NCBI GenBank assembly: GCA_963767005.1
Contig: CAVYCN010000014.1
Location: 1 to 64,000 of the forward strand
DNA: 64,000 nt
Reading direction: 5' to 3'
Origin: an uncultured Actinomycetes bacterium
Lineage (GTDB): Bacteria; Actinomycetota; Thermoleophilia; UBA2241
In this document: piece after piece, positions 48,201 through 57,935 of the stretch
How the letters are laid out: every line of letters starts with the position of its first letter
Numbering within the stretch: the first letter of the stretch is position 1
Notes under the pieces: generated by a model
Told to the model about the DNA's origin: nothing
What the model saw: the letters and a program-made list of their open reading frames with translations, nothing else
Databases searched by the model: none
Position numbers and translations under genes: made by a program

Positions 48201-48716
48201 ATGGTAGAGACGGGGGTCACAGAGACGCGCACCTGGTATGACACGATCACGCCGCGCGCCGGCGTGGGGGTGCAGCTCGTCTCGGGCGCGGCGCTCTGGC
48301 TCGTCGCGACCGGCATCCTCGTCGTGCGCGGCGTTCTGTTCATCGAGCGCCCCGGCTCGCCCTTCAGCGTCTGGATCCTGCCGATCGCGGCCGTCGCGAT
48401 CGCGCTCGGTGCCGTCAAGGCGCGCCTGATCCTGCTGCCGTACGCAGGCCGTGCGGTCGCCCGCATCGAGGGACGCGGTCGCGCCTGCTACTTCGGCTTC
48501 TTCGCGCCGAAGTCGTGGCTCTTCGTGGCGGGCATGATGGGCGGGGGGATGTGGCTGCGATCGACGGCGCTCGTCGACCACTGGTGGGGAAGGGTCGGTC
48601 TGGCGACGCTCTACCTGGCGGTGGGCACCGCGCTGGCGCTGGCAGATCGCGTCTTCTGGGCGGCGGTGGTGCGCCGCGGACGCCGTCCTGTCAGCAATCG
48701 TCGCCCCATTTCTTGA
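48201..48716 (+). CDS. Membrane hypothetical protein
   Basis: Four TMs; CYFGFFAPKSW...MMGGG; GGAGG RBS. Confidence 0.75.
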   Translation: MVETGVTETRTWYDTITPRAGVGVQLVSGAALWLVATGILVVRGVLFIERPGSPFSVWILPIAAVAIALGAVKARLILLPYAGRAVARIEGRGRACYFGFFAPKSWLFVAGMMGGGMWLRSTALVDHWWGRVGLATLYLAVGTALALADRVFWAAVVRRGRRPVSNRRPIS

Positions 48717-49043
48717 AGGTGACGGGCAAGCCGATCGCCGCCTGCCCCAAGTCTCCTGCCGCTGACCCCATGTCGTTCTCCCCCGAACGTTCCTTGCGCG
48801 AAAGGCCCCCTCTACGACGACCCGGGCGCCTCTGTCTGACTGGTCGAGCGTAGCCTGACAGGCCGCCGGAGGGCGGTCTACGGAACGAATGTCTAGGCGC
48901 GGGACGCCGCGTCGCTCGCGACGCGCCCCCAGGGGGTACATCCGTCTAGTCGCCTTCGGTCTGGCCGGTCCGCTGCCGAGCCTTGAAGGAGAGGAAGTCA
49001 CGCGACGCCCGGACGTCCGGGTCGGGGAGGTGCTCGAGGGCAG

Positions 49044-49829
49044 ATGGCGGAGTGGCGGTTCCGCGACGGCGGCGGTTGCTATGCGGGCAGTGAGGCGATC
49101 GAGCGCGCCCTCGAGGCCGATGGACGAAGGACCCTGACTCACGGCAGCCTGCTGCTCGAGCTCAGTCACGAGGACAGGCCGCGGCGGCAGCCGCCAGTGG
49201 CGCTCGAGCGGCGCCTGACCCTGGCGGTCACGGCGCTGGACTGGGCCGGTGTGCGGGTGGTGGGGGAGGGGCCCGCCGCCTGGCGGAGCGACCCCATCCC
49301 GCTGCTCGGCCACAAGAAGCGGTCGCGCCGACCCCAGCGAGTGAACGACGTGCTGCTGGGGGTCGCCGGCCGGAGCTTCTTCGCCACCGTGCACGACGAG
49401 CTGCATCGTCGCCAGGACGGCGGTCAGATGACGACGCGTCCCCTTGCCGCACCCGTGACACACGAGATCGTCGCTCCGGCCGCGGAGCCCGTCGTCGAGA
49501 TCCGCGTGCGGCGGGCCGCGCCGGTCGTCGAGACGGTCGAGCCGGCCGTGCGGCGGGCCGCGACGGTCGTCGAGACGGTCGTCGAGGCATTCGTTCCGCC
49601 GGTCGCCGCGCCGGTCGTCGAGGCGCCCCGGTCGGCCGCGACCGTGCTCGCAGTGCGCTGCAAGTCGTGTGGCGCGCCCTTCCAGACGCCGGTCCAGTTC
49701 GACGAGGAGAGCCTGCGCACGGTGGAGCTGCCGACCCGCGCGTACCGCTGTCCGCGCTGTCGTCGCACCGAAGAGTACGGGCGCGACGACCACACGCTGT
49801 CGGCCTACCCGCTGTCGGTCGAGGCCTGA
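49044..49829 (+). CDS. Hypothetical protein with C-terminal zinc ribbon
   Basis: CKSC...CPRC; Pro/Val/Glu repeat linker. Confidence 0.65.
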   Translation: MAEWRFRDGGGCYAGSEAIERALEADGRRTLTHGSLLLELSHEDRPRRQPPVALERRLTLAVTALDWAGVRVVGEGPAAWRSDPIPLLGHKKRSRRPQRVNDVLLGVAGRSFFATVHDELHRRQDGGQMTTRPLAAPVTHEIVAPAAEPVVEIRVRRAAPVVETVEPAVRRAATVVETVVEAFVPPVAAPVVEAPRSAATVLAVRCKSCGAPFQTPVQFDEESLRTVELPTRAYRCPRCRRTEEYGRDDHTLSAYPLSVEA

Positions 49830-49869
49830 GCGGCGGCGCCGCGGCCGGCGCGCGTCGCGCCTCCCGCCG

Positions 49870-52179
49870 TCACCTGCCGCGCTTCGACAGCCAGGTCTCC
49901 TTGGTGACGAGGCCGTCGCTGAAGGCGAGCACGCGGTTGCGGCCGGCCCGCTTGGCCGCGTACATCGCCCAGTCGGCCTTGTCGAGGAGCTCGTCCTTGG
50001 CGGAGGCGTCGTCGGGGAAGGTCGCCACGCCGACGCTCACCGACAGCCTCCGACCGCCCGTCTCGCAGGACCGTTCGACGTCGGCGCGGATGCGCTCGGC
50101 GGCCTTGAGGGCGCCGTCGGTGTCAGTGTCGACCAGCACCAGGACCAGCTCCTCGCCGCCGTAGCGGGCGGCCAGGTCGACGCGCCGGCCGACCGCTTCG
50201 ATCACCCGGGCGACGCGGGTGAGCGCCTCGTCGCCGGCCTTGTGACCCCAGGTGTCGTTGTAGACCTTGAACTGGTCGCAGTCGCAGAACAGCAGCGACA
50301 GACGGGTCTTCTGGCGGCGGGCGCGCTCGATCTCTTCTTCGAGCCGTTCGTGCAGGTAGCGGTGGTTGTAGAGGCCGGTGAGGCCGTCGGTGATGGCCTC
50401 GACCTCGGCCCGGCTGAAGCGGATGGCGGCGGCGCGGAGCATGGCGGTCAGCGGATGGCTGCGCTCGACCTGTCGCGACCAGTCCGCGGCGGCGACGGCC
50501 GGGATGTCGACGTTGAGCGCGCCGACCGCGCGGCCGTCGCGGTCGCGCAGGGGCACCATGCCCGAGACCCACACGCCGAAGTCGTCGGCCGTGAGGATGT
50601 TCGAGATCATCTCCTCGCCGGAGAACACGCGGACGAGCTCGTCCTCGGCCAGCCAGGGGTCGCCGCAGTGCGACACGTCGCTCGTGGCCTCGCCCGTGTC
50701 GAGCACCGTGATGCAGCCGTCGGGTGTCATGGCGAAGCTCGTGATGAAGCGCACCGGCGCGTGGGTGTCGCGAAAGGCGCGCAGCGTATCGACCATCTCG
50801 CGGTACTCGGGCCGCTCCTCGTCGGCGCGGCTGCGTAGCAGGGTGTGCCGGGCGGGGTCGATCAGGCGGGCGGCCTGGGCGGCGAGCTCGGCGGCCTGGT
50901 TGCGCCGGCCGCGGAGCTGGCGCAGCACGCGGCGGAACGCCTCGACCATCTCGGGGTCGAACTGCGTGCCGGCGCAGCGCCGCAGCTCGGCGAGGCACTG
51001 GCGATAGGACAGGGCACGGCGGTAGGGCCGCCGGCACGACATCGCGTCGTAGCAGTCGACCACGCACATCGCCCGGGCCACGAGCGGGATCGCCGCGCCG
51101 GCGAGGTGATCGGGGTATCCCGAGCCGTCGAAGCGCTCGTGGTGGTGGCGCACGCCGGCGACGAGCTCGTCGTCGAACAGCGGCCGCACGATCTCGGCCG
51201 AGATGCCGGGGTGCTGGCGCATGAGCTCCCACTCCTCGGAGGTCAGCGGACCGGCCTTGAGCAGCACGCGGTCGGAGACGCCGATCTTGCCGATGTCGTG
51301 GCAGAAGGCGGCGTCCTGCAGGGCGGCGAGGCGCTCCTCGGGCCAACCCAGCTCCTGGCCGAGCATCGTCATGTAGGCGGCGACGCGGCCGGCGTGACCG
51401 AGCGTGTAGTAGTCCTTGGCCGACAGCGCCGACGAGAGCGCCCGCAGGTTGGCCAGGTGCAGGCGCTTGACCTCGTCGTAGAGCTGGGCGTGCTCGATCG
51501 CCAGGGCGACGAGGCGGGCGACGGCCTCGCCCGTGGCGAGCTCGTCGGCGGTGAAGCGGCGCTCGACTCGGTCGAGCACGGTGACGAGGCCGATCATCTT
51601 CTCGTGGGCGATCAGCGGCAAGTCGACCTGGCTGTGCATGCCGTAGCTCGCCATGCTGTCGCGTTCCGCGCGACCGAGGAGCGGGTCGTCGAGGCTCGCG
51701 GTGGGGATGGGGCGCCGCATCTGGATGGTGCGCAGCTTGCTCGGCCACTCGGCCAGCGCCAGGCGCTGGCCGAGCCAGGTCGCATCGACGGCGCCGTCGG
51801 TCACCGAGGCGATACAGAGCAGGTGGTCGTCGCCGTCGAGCCGGTAGATGTTGCAATCGGGCACGGCGAGCGCCGTGGACAGGCGCCGCGCGGCCGACAC
51901 CAGGACCTCCGGGAGCTCGAGGCTCGAGGCGAGCTCGACACTGGTCTCGAACAGCAGACGGTAGAGGCGAGGATCGTTCGCCACCGGCTCCAGGGCAGCG
52001 TCCGCGGGGAGCGCGGCGTCGAGGTCGTGGCGGTCGAACCGGCGCTGGCCGGTGGGCGTGCGGCGGCTGGGGATACGGCCCTCGTCGGCCCAGCGCCGCA
52101 CGGTGGACGCACTCACGCCGAGCAGGTCAGCAGCCTGCTGTACGCGCAGGGGCCGTCGGGTGTCGAGACTCGCCCTCAT
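49870..52179 (-). CDS. BldC/excisionase-like HTH-GAF-HD-GYP-sensor-GGDEF c-di-GMP enzyme
   Basis: AADLLGVSASTVRRWADEGRI; GAF; HDIGKIG and HHERFDGSGYP; RRVD I-site and RYGGEEL. Confidence 0.92.
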   Translation of the reverse strand: MRASLDTRRPLRVQQAADLLGVSASTVRRWADEGRIPSRRTPTGQRRFDRHDLDAALPADAALEPVANDPRLYRLLFETSVELASSLELPEVLVSAARRLSTALAVPDCNIYRLDGDDHLLCIASVTDGAVDATWLGQRLALAEWPSKLRTIQMRRPIPTASLDDPLLGRAERDSMASYGMHSQVDLPLIAHEKMIGLVTVLDRVERRFTADELATGEAVARLVALAIEHAQLYDEVKRLHLANLRALSSALSAKDYYTLGHAGRVAAYMTMLGQELGWPEERLAALQDAAFCHDIGKIGVSDRVLLKAGPLTSEEWELMRQHPGISAEIVRPLFDDELVAGVRHHHERFDGSGYPDHLAGAAIPLVARAMCVVDCYDAMSCRRPYRRALSYRQCLAELRRCAGTQFDPEMVEAFRRVLRQLRGRRNQAAELAAQAARLIDPARHTLLRSRADEERPEYREMVDTLRAFRDTHAPVRFITSFAMTPDGCITVLDTGEATSDVSHCGDPWLAEDELVRVFSGEEMISNILTADDFGVWVSGMVPLRDRDGRAVGALNVDIPAVAAADWSRQVERSHPLTAMLRAAAIRFSRAEVEAITDGLTGLYNHRYLHERLEEEIERARRQKTRLSLLFCDCDQFKVYNDTWGHKAGDEALTRVARVIEAVGRRVDLAARYGGEELVLVLVDTDTDGALKAAERIRADVERSCETGGRRLSVSVGVATFPDDASAKDELLDKADWAMYAAKRAGRNRVLAFSDGLVTKETWLSKRGR

Positions 52180-52260
52180 CCACGGAGAGGTATCGGCTCG
52201 TCACCCTCTGTTCTTGACCACTCCTGTCAGGGTCGTAGGCCCGAGACCGACGTGTCTCCG

Positions 52261-52920
52261 TCAGACGTACGACCGCACCGCGCGCCAGAGGCCGCCGGGC
52301 CGGAAGTGAAGGTAGGTCGTGTGCTCGAGCACGAGCCGGTCGTCGCCCTGGAAGACGCCCGGCACGTGGCCGCGGTGCAGGCGGATCGACGCGTAATGCT
52401 CCGGCGCCACCGACGTCGCCCGGCGGTGGACCTCGTTGCCCTGCCACAGCTCAGGGCCATCGGGTCGGGCGAAGAGGATCAGGTTGCCGTAGCGGCCGTG
52501 CTCCGCGCCCAGGTCGTAGTAGCTGAGCAACCCGAGCCCGGCGTAGCGCGGGAAGGTGTCCACGAGCTCGGCTTCGAGCTCGAAGAGCGCCGTGTGGTCG
52601 ACGCCCGTGCGGAGCTGGCCGAAGAAGCCCACGAAGCTGGCGTCGCGGGCGACCGCGAGTGCGTCCCAGTCGGGCACGACGAGATATTGGCGGCGCGACT
52701 CCTCGTCGCTGCGCCCGGGCAGGGCGATCGTGCCGTCGGCCACCCAGCGCCGCACGATCGCGCGCTCCCGGGCGAGCATCGTCGCCAGGACGGCGAGGTC
52801 GGCCCGCGTGGCGCCTACGCCCGCGAAACTGTGGCCGCGGGCGGCGTCGCGCGGCCCGTAGCGCACGATCTCGGAGCCCATCGTGCCGCTTGCGCTGTCG
52901 GCCATCGGACGCTGCTTCAT
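52261..52920 (-). CDS. Hypothetical protein
   Basis: Protein-like ORF (FVGFFGQ, YGNLILF, SIRLHRG); AGGAGG upstream. Confidence 0.65.
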   Translation of the reverse strand: MKQRPMADSASGTMGSEIVRYGPRDAARGHSFAGVGATRADLAVLATMLARERAIVRRWVADGTIALPGRSDEESRRQYLVVPDWDALAVARDASFVGFFGQLRTGVDHTALFELEAELVDTFPRYAGLGLLSYYDLGAEHGRYGNLILFARPDGPELWQGNEVHRRATSVAPEHYASIRLHRGHVPGVFQGDDRLVLEHTTYLHFRPGGLWRAVRSYV

Positions 52921-53025
52921 CGGGCCGCCGACCTCCTTCCTGCGCTGCAGTTGTTGCAGGGTCTCGGCGGCGGCAAACCAGGGGCGGCCGTTGGCCGGCG
53001 TCCGGCCTCGTGCAGGGATGCGCCC

Positions 53026-53550
53026 TCAGGCCGGCAGAGGGCGCACCGGGTAGCGGATGACGGTCTTCATCTGCTTCGCCTCGGGGCGCGACAGGTACTC
53101 TTCTTCGTGGGCGCCGGCGATCTCGTGGCCGCTCTTCGCGATGAAGGCGCGCAGCCGCTCGACGGTCGGCACCTCGCCGGCGTAGGGGCCGAGGTGGAGG
53201 ATGTGGGCGACGGTGCCGTACTCCCAGGTCTCGAGCGCGACCGGCACGTCCGGGACAGTCTGAGGCAGCTCGTCGGTCTCGTCGGGCACGGGGATGCCCC
53301 ACAGCCCGACCCACTGGTCGCGCGGCGTGTCGAACGGCAGCGGCCAGCGCGCCCGCGGCGGCCCGATCCTGTACTCGACACCGCGCGGCTTGAGCACCGT
53401 GAACTTGAGCGTGTACACCGCTCCGAAGAGGGCGGGGAAGACCTGACCGCCGGTCTCGTTCGGATCGCCCACGGCGCGCACTACCGCCATCTTCTGGGAC
53501 GGCATCTCGCAGAGCGCCGGCTTCTGACGGACGCCGAACGGTAGCGCCAT
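53026..53550 (-). CDS. GyrI-like small-molecule-binding protein
   Basis: GDPN, LHLGPY, HEEEYLS, TVIRYPV. Confidence 0.88.
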   Translation of the reverse strand: MALPFGVRQKPALCEMPSQKMAVVRAVGDPNETGGQVFPALFGAVYTLKFTVLKPRGVEYRIGPPRARWPLPFDTPRDQWVGLWGIPVPDETDELPQTVPDVPVALETWEYGTVAHILHLGPYAGEVPTVERLRAFIAKSGHEIAGAHEEEYLSRPEAKQMKTVIRYPVRPLPA

Positions 53551-53569
53551 GGCTCCCCCTCCGGACAGC

Positions 53570-54031
53570 CTAGGCTGCCGGCAGGCGCTTCTCGAGCACG
53601 AGCATGTCGGGCCGGTCGGCGACCGGCCGGGGCACGAACTCGTGCCCGCTGTAGAGATGCCGCGAGGGCTCGTCGGCGGCCGGCACGAAGGCTTGCAGCC
53701 GGTCGACACGCTCCGCGAAGGCGATGCCCTCGACCCAGGCGACGAGCTGATGGGCGACGGCCTGGGCCTCGTGGGCCGGGCTGACGCAGAGGCAGCGGAC
53801 CTCGAGCGCCTCGGGGCCGCGCTCGACGGCGACGTAGCCGGCGATCTCGCCGGCGGTCTCGGCGACGTACACGTCGGCCGTGGCGAGCAGCTCGAGGACC
53901 TGGTCGGGGCGGTAGAGGTCGGGGTGGCCGAAACCGGCGGCGAGCGGCTGCAGGGTCTCCTGGGCGAGGTAGAGGAGCATGCTCTCGTCGCCGCTTCGCA
54001 GGGCACGGATGTCGACCTTCACGCGTGTCAT
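53570..54031 (-). CDS. GNAT family acetyltransferase
   Basis: YVAE...IAGY, LCVSPAHEAQAVA, LY..HEF. Confidence 0.75.
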   Translation of the reverse strand: MTRVKVDIRALRSGDESMLLYLAQETLQPLAAGFGHPDLYRPDQVLELLATADVYVAETAGEIAGYVAVERGPEALEVRCLCVSPAHEAQAVAHQLVAWVEGIAFAERVDRLQAFVPAADEPSRHLYSGHEFVPRPVADRPDMLVLEKRLPAA

Positions 54032-55095
54032 GTCCACCCTCCCGGCTGGTCGATCATGTCCTCTTCCTGATGGATTGTATACCGCAGTGTCGCCCAGATG
54101 GTGATGCTCACGGCGAGGCCGATCAGCGCCTCGAGCTGCTCGAGGTAGAAGGCGAAGACCTGGCCGATGAAGATCGACAGCAGGGCGGCGCGCAGGAACC
54201 AGCGATAGGCGGCGAGGCGCGAGCGGCGCAGCGCGACGATCCCCATGACGACGAGGGCGCCGACGCCGAGCGAGGCCGCGAGCGAGCCGGTGCGGGCGAA
54301 CTGCAGGGCGCTGTGGGTCACGGTGCGGAGGCTCACGTCGGGCGTCTCGGCGAGCTCGGCGACGCGCAGCACGCCCTCGACGAACGACACGAGCGAGGCC
54401 GCGACGAAGACGGCCACGACGACGCCGCCGAACCACGGACGGGCCACCGCCTCGCGGTAGAAGCGGTCGAGACGCCGGCGTACGAGGACGACCCAGTGGG
54501 GCGCGGGATCGGGCACCGGCTCGACGCGGTGCAGGACCGCGGTGAGCGCGCCGACCAGAGGCTCGTCCTGGTCGCAGCGCGCGAGCAGCGCCAGGGCGCG
54601 CTGCTTCTCCTCGACGTCGAGGTCGCGGATGACGGCTTCTTTGGTGAGCTCGAGAGCGTTGGCGAGGCTCGCTTCGGGCGAGCGCGGCCCATGGCTCGAC
54701 AGGCGCCGGAACACGAGCACGAGCACGACGAAGATGATGTAGATGAGCGCGATCGTCGGCCGGAAGAAGTAGTCGCTGTTGCGGGTGATGACCTTGCCGA
54801 GCTCGTCGACGCACACGCCGAAGCCGGCGCCGCCCATGACGGCGGCGATCTCGGCCGACAGCCGGCTGAGCGAGACCAGCAGCATGACGATCGCCGCCAG
54901 CATGCCGGCGCCGCCCCACACCATGTGCGAGATGTGCAGATGAGAGCCGCCCAGCGTCGGGTAGGCGCTCACGGCCAGGATGAACCGCACGATGAGCAGC
55001 GCCGTGACGGCGGCCACGAGGAACGCTTCGAGCAGGCCGCCGGCGTCGTAGCGCAGCACGAGCATGTGCCGGCGGAAGGGGTTCAGGCGGGCCAT
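54028..55095 (-). CDS. Membrane hypothetical protein
   Basis: HISHMVWGG and DELGKVIT..DYFFRP motifs, multiple TMs. Confidence 0.78.
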   Translation of the reverse strand: MARLNPFRRHMLVLRYDAGGLLEAFLVAAVTALLIVRFILAVSAYPTLGGSHLHISHMVWGGAGMLAAIVMLLVSLSRLSAEIAAVMGGAGFGVCVDELGKVITRNSDYFFRPTIALIYIIFVVLVLVFRRLSSHGPRSPEASLANALELTKEAVIRDLDVEEKQRALALLARCDQDEPLVGALTAVLHRVEPVPDPAPHWVVLVRRRLDRFYREAVARPWFGGVVVAVFVAASLVSFVEGVLRVAELAETPDVSLRTVTHSALQFARTGSLAASLGVGALVVMGIVALRRSRLAAYRWFLRAALLSIFIGQVFAFYLEQLEALIGLAVSITIWATLRYTIHQEEDMIDQPGGWT

Positions 55096-55148
55096 CGCGG
55101 CCCTTCTGTCTTGTCTTGGGTCAGGCGGGCCATGGCCGCCCTCTCGCG

Positions 55149-55988
55149 TCAGAACGGGTAGGAGCCCAGGACCTTCAGCCAGGTGAGCTTGCAGCCGAGG
55201 CACTTGAGGGCCTGGGCGATCGGCGGGTCGGTGACCCGGCCGACCATGTCGATGAAGAAGATGTAGTCGCCGAGGCCCTGCTTGGAGGGCCGCGACTCGA
55301 CCTTCGTCAGGTTCACGTAACGGTAGGCGAACTCGGACAGGATCATGAGCAGGCTGCCGGGCTGATCCTGGTCGATGCCGCAGACAATGCTCGTCTTGCA
55401 GGCGACGCTCGGGTCGAGCGGCGCTTCGTCGCGGCTCACGAAGACGAAGCGCGTGCGGTTGTCGGCGGCGTCCTCGATGTCGTCGGCCACGACGACGCAC
55501 TCGTACATGTCGGCGGCCAGGCGGTTGCCGATCGCCACCCAGGGGCGGTCGACGCGGCTCACGCGGCGCACGGCCTCGGCCGTCGAGTCGGTGGCCTCGT
55601 GCTCGACGCCGTCGAGGTGCTCGCGGATGAACTCGCGGCACTGTCCGTAGGCGTGCGGGATGCTGACGATCTTGGTCACGCGCTCGAGCTCGACGGGGCG
55701 GCGGGCGACGAGCTGCTGGTGCACCTGCCAAGTGACCTCACGCACGATGCGCAGCTCGTCGAAGCCGAAGGCAAGGCTGTCGAGGGTGACCACGACTGAG
55801 CCTTCGATCGAGTTCTCGATGGGCACGATGCCGAGTGGCGCCTCGCCCGATTGCACCGCCTTGAGCACCTCGCTGATCGACGGGTAAGGGAAGGGGTGGT
55901 AGTCGCCGGCCGGCATGTTGGCCAGCAGGACCTCTTCGCTGAAGGTGCCCTCGGGGCCGAGGAAGGCCACCGGTCGCGAGACGGTCAC
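55149..55988 (-). CDS. pheA: Prephenate dehydratase
   Basis: LGPEGTFSE, PIENSIEG, NRTRF, ACT domain ESRP, LGSYP. Confidence 0.96.
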   Translation of the reverse strand: MTVSRPVAFLGPEGTFSEEVLLANMPAGDYHPFPYPSISEVLKAVQSGEAPLGIVPIENSIEGSVVVTLDSLAFGFDELRIVREVTWQVHQQLVARRPVELERVTKIVSIPHAYGQCREFIREHLDGVEHEATDSTAEAVRRVSRVDRPWVAIGNRLAADMYECVVVADDIEDAADNRTRFVFVSRDEAPLDPSVACKTSIVCGIDQDQPGSLLMILSEFAYRYVNLTKVESRPSKQGLGDYIFFIDMVGRVTDPPIAQALKCLGCKLTWLKVLGSYPF

Positions 55989-56569
55989 AGGCGCTCCTCG
56001 GGAGCGTCGTCGGCCGGCGGCGGGGCGAGCGGCTCGGTCGGCGCCGGCGGCACGCCGGGACCGGCGGCCGCCGGCTTGCCGGTCCAGCCGGCGAGGGCCT
56101 GCTCGACCACGGTGACCTCTTCGGGCGACAGCGCCCTGTCGGGCACCGAGCGGCGCAGCTCCTTGACGTAGATGCGGGCGTAGTCGCGCGAGTGGATCAT
56201 GCTGATCACGAGGCCCGACGCCGTCTCGTCGAGCAGCGCGATCGAGGCGCTCTGCTCGCCGCCGATGTCGCGGAAGGCGTCGTAGCGCACGATCGAGCGG
56301 CGCGAGAAGGTGCGGTCGAGGTCGGCGCGCTGCGCCGTGATCACGCCGTCGAGGGCGGCCACGGCGTCGCGCAGGTTGCGCACCTGCTCCTCGAGGTCCT
56401 GGGCGTGGCCCACCAGGTCACGCTCGCCGTGGACGCCGAGCACCGCGACCTGGGCGCGCCGCAGACGGCGCAGGCCGCTCGCGAGTCGCACGACCAGCAC
56501 GAGCAGGACCACGCCGAGCACGGCGGCGCCCAGCGCCAGATAGGGGGCGATGTCACGCAGATCCTGCAT
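55985..56569 (-). CDS. DUF4446 family protein
   Basis: VRYDAF.DIGGEQSASIALLD...G...LSPEE. Confidence 0.88.
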   Translation of the reverse strand: MQDLRDIAPYLALGAAVLGVVLLVLVVRLASGLRRLRRAQVAVLGVHGERDLVGHAQDLEEQVRNLRDAVAALDGVITAQRADLDRTFSRRSIVRYDAFRDIGGEQSASIALLDETASGLVISMIHSRDYARIYVKELRRSVPDRALSPEEVTVVEQALAGWTGKPAAAGPGVPPAPTEPLAPPPADDAPEERL

Positions 56570-56575
56570 GGGGCC

Positions 56576-57673
56576 CTACTTCAGGACCGGGACGATCGTG
56601 AATGTCGCGTGGTTGTTGCTCAGGTGCTTCTCGCCGGGCACGGGGCCGGCCACGACGGTGAGAGTCAACGACTTGGTCATCGCGGCGGCGGGGATCTGCC
56701 AGCCGGTCACGGTGGCGGTGCGCTTGCCGTGCAGCGGGATGTTCGGGATCGACGTCGTGAAGGTCTGCGGCGCCGAGATCCCCGGACCGGTCATGGTGGC
56801 CTTCACCGTGACGTTGCTCTCGGCGCTGCCGCCCTGGTTCTCGACGGTGACGAGCACCTGCAGGCCGATCGAGGCGACGAAGTGGGTGGATGCGCCCACC
56901 GTCAGCGTCGTCGTCTTGCCGTTGCTGCGGACGGCGACGCCGCCCAGGCCGACCCCGTGCACGCCGGTGAGCTTGGTCGACGACGAGATCGTCGCCAGGG
57001 CGGCCTGCAGGGCGCTCGCGCTGAACACGTTGCTGTGCGAGAAGAAGCTCACGGCCGGCACGGCCACGTTGCTCACGCCGTCGGCCGCCATGGCCTGCTG
57101 CGCCTGGCGGTAGAAGAGCTCGTTGTAGTAGACGTCGGGCCCGGTGAAGTAGCCCGACAGGGCCGCCAGCTTCTTGGCGGTCGCGGCCTTGTTCTTGCCG
57201 TTCAGGGCGGCGATCAGGCCGTCCCTCACCTGCTCGACGCCGGCCAGGCGCACGAGCTGGCCCTGCACGAGGATCTGGTGCAGCGCCTTGAGCTTGCCGG
57301 GCGGGCTGATGCGCTCGGTGCGCTGGGTGATCTCGGTCTGCGCCTGGACCAGGGTGGTGAGCTGGGTCACGAGCTGAGTACGGCCGTAGCGCGTGGGGTC
57401 GGAGAGCAGCGCCGCGATCGGCTTGCCCACCTTGTTCGCGGCGTCGCTCTGCACCTGCTGCACCTCGGTGAAGTACGTGCGATACGACGACTCCTTGGCG
57501 TTCTGCTGGCAGGAGCGGATGACGAGCGCCAGCACGAACACGATCACGAAGAGTGCGACGAGCGCGATCACCAGGCGCTGGATACGCAGGCGCGTGCGGT
57601 TGCGGCGGCGGCGCGGGCGCGGCGCGGGGCCTGATACCTGGGTTACCTCTGCGTCATCGTCGAAGAACGACAC
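56576..57673 (-). CDS. Membrane-anchored protein with C-terminal CARDB-like domain
   Basis: N-terminal TM; VENQG...PVPGE..LSNN; start uncertain. Confidence 0.75.
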   Translation of the reverse strand: MSFFDDDAEVTQVSGPAPRPRRRRNRTRLRIQRLVIALVALFVIVFVLALVIRSCQQNAKESSYRTYFTEVQQVQSDAANKVGKPIAALLSDPTRYGRTQLVTQLTTLVQAQTEITQRTERISPPGKLKALHQILVQGQLVRLAGVEQVRDGLIAALNGKNKAATAKKLAALSGYFTGPDVYYNELFYRQAQQAMAADGVSNVAVPAVSFFSHSNVFSASALQAALATISSSTKLTGVHGVGLGGVAVRSNGKTTTLTVGASTHFVASIGLQVLVTVENQGGSAESNVTVKATMTGPGISAPQTFTTSIPNIPLHGKRTATVTGWQIPAAAMTKSLTLTVVAGPVPGEKHLSNNHATFTIVPVLK

Positions 57674-57697
57674 TAGGCGCTCCACGCACTCAAGCCC

Positions 57698-57735
57698 GCC
57701 TGAGCGGTGACGGCGAAGCCGATCGCCGGCACTAG
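57698..57735. repeat. Diverged single copy of the 59-bp REP-like element
   Basis: GCCTGAGCGGTGACGGCGAAGCCGATCGCCGGCACTAG matches the 3' part of the unit at 59631. Confidence 0.8.
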
Positions 57736-57752
57736 AGCTCCGGCCGGAGGAT

Positions 57753-57839
57753 TGGTGGGCGAGGCGGGATTTGAACCCGCAAGCTCTTGCGAGCACTAGG
57801 TCCTGAACCTAGCGTGTCTGCCAATTTCACCACTCGCCC
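57753..57839 (-). tRNA. tRNA-Leu(CAG)
   Basis: GGGCGAG acceptor, anticodon arm CTAGG-TTCAGGA-CCTAG, long variable arm, GGTTCAAATCC, encoded CCA; 87 nt. Confidence 0.97.
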
Positions 57840-57863
57840 CTGTGGACCCCGAACAGGGTCAAG

Positions 57864-57872
57864 ACTATACCA
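57864..57872 (-). promoter_or_regulatory. Extended -10 promoter for tRNA-Leu
   Basis: TGG-TATAGT on minus strand about 25 nt upstream of the tRNA. Confidence 0.55.
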
Positions 57873-57935
57873 CAGCGAATACTGGGCGGAAGGGCGAGAC
57901 AAGCTCGGCCCCAAGCAGGACCGGAGGCTCCAGAG

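Noticed and set aside
48691-48771. 26-aa minus-strand ORF MGSAAGDLGQAAIGLPVTFKKWGDDC with RBS
   Set aside because: Very short, overlaps the end of the opposite gene, no recognisable similarity.
52050-52179. Prophage/ICE excisionase
   Set aside because: The Xis-like HTH is fused in frame to a signalling enzyme; no integrase or phage genes nearby.
55083-55134. TCAGGCGGGCCAT direct repeat as target-site duplication
   Set aside because: No element between the copies; fits the general local-duplication pattern.
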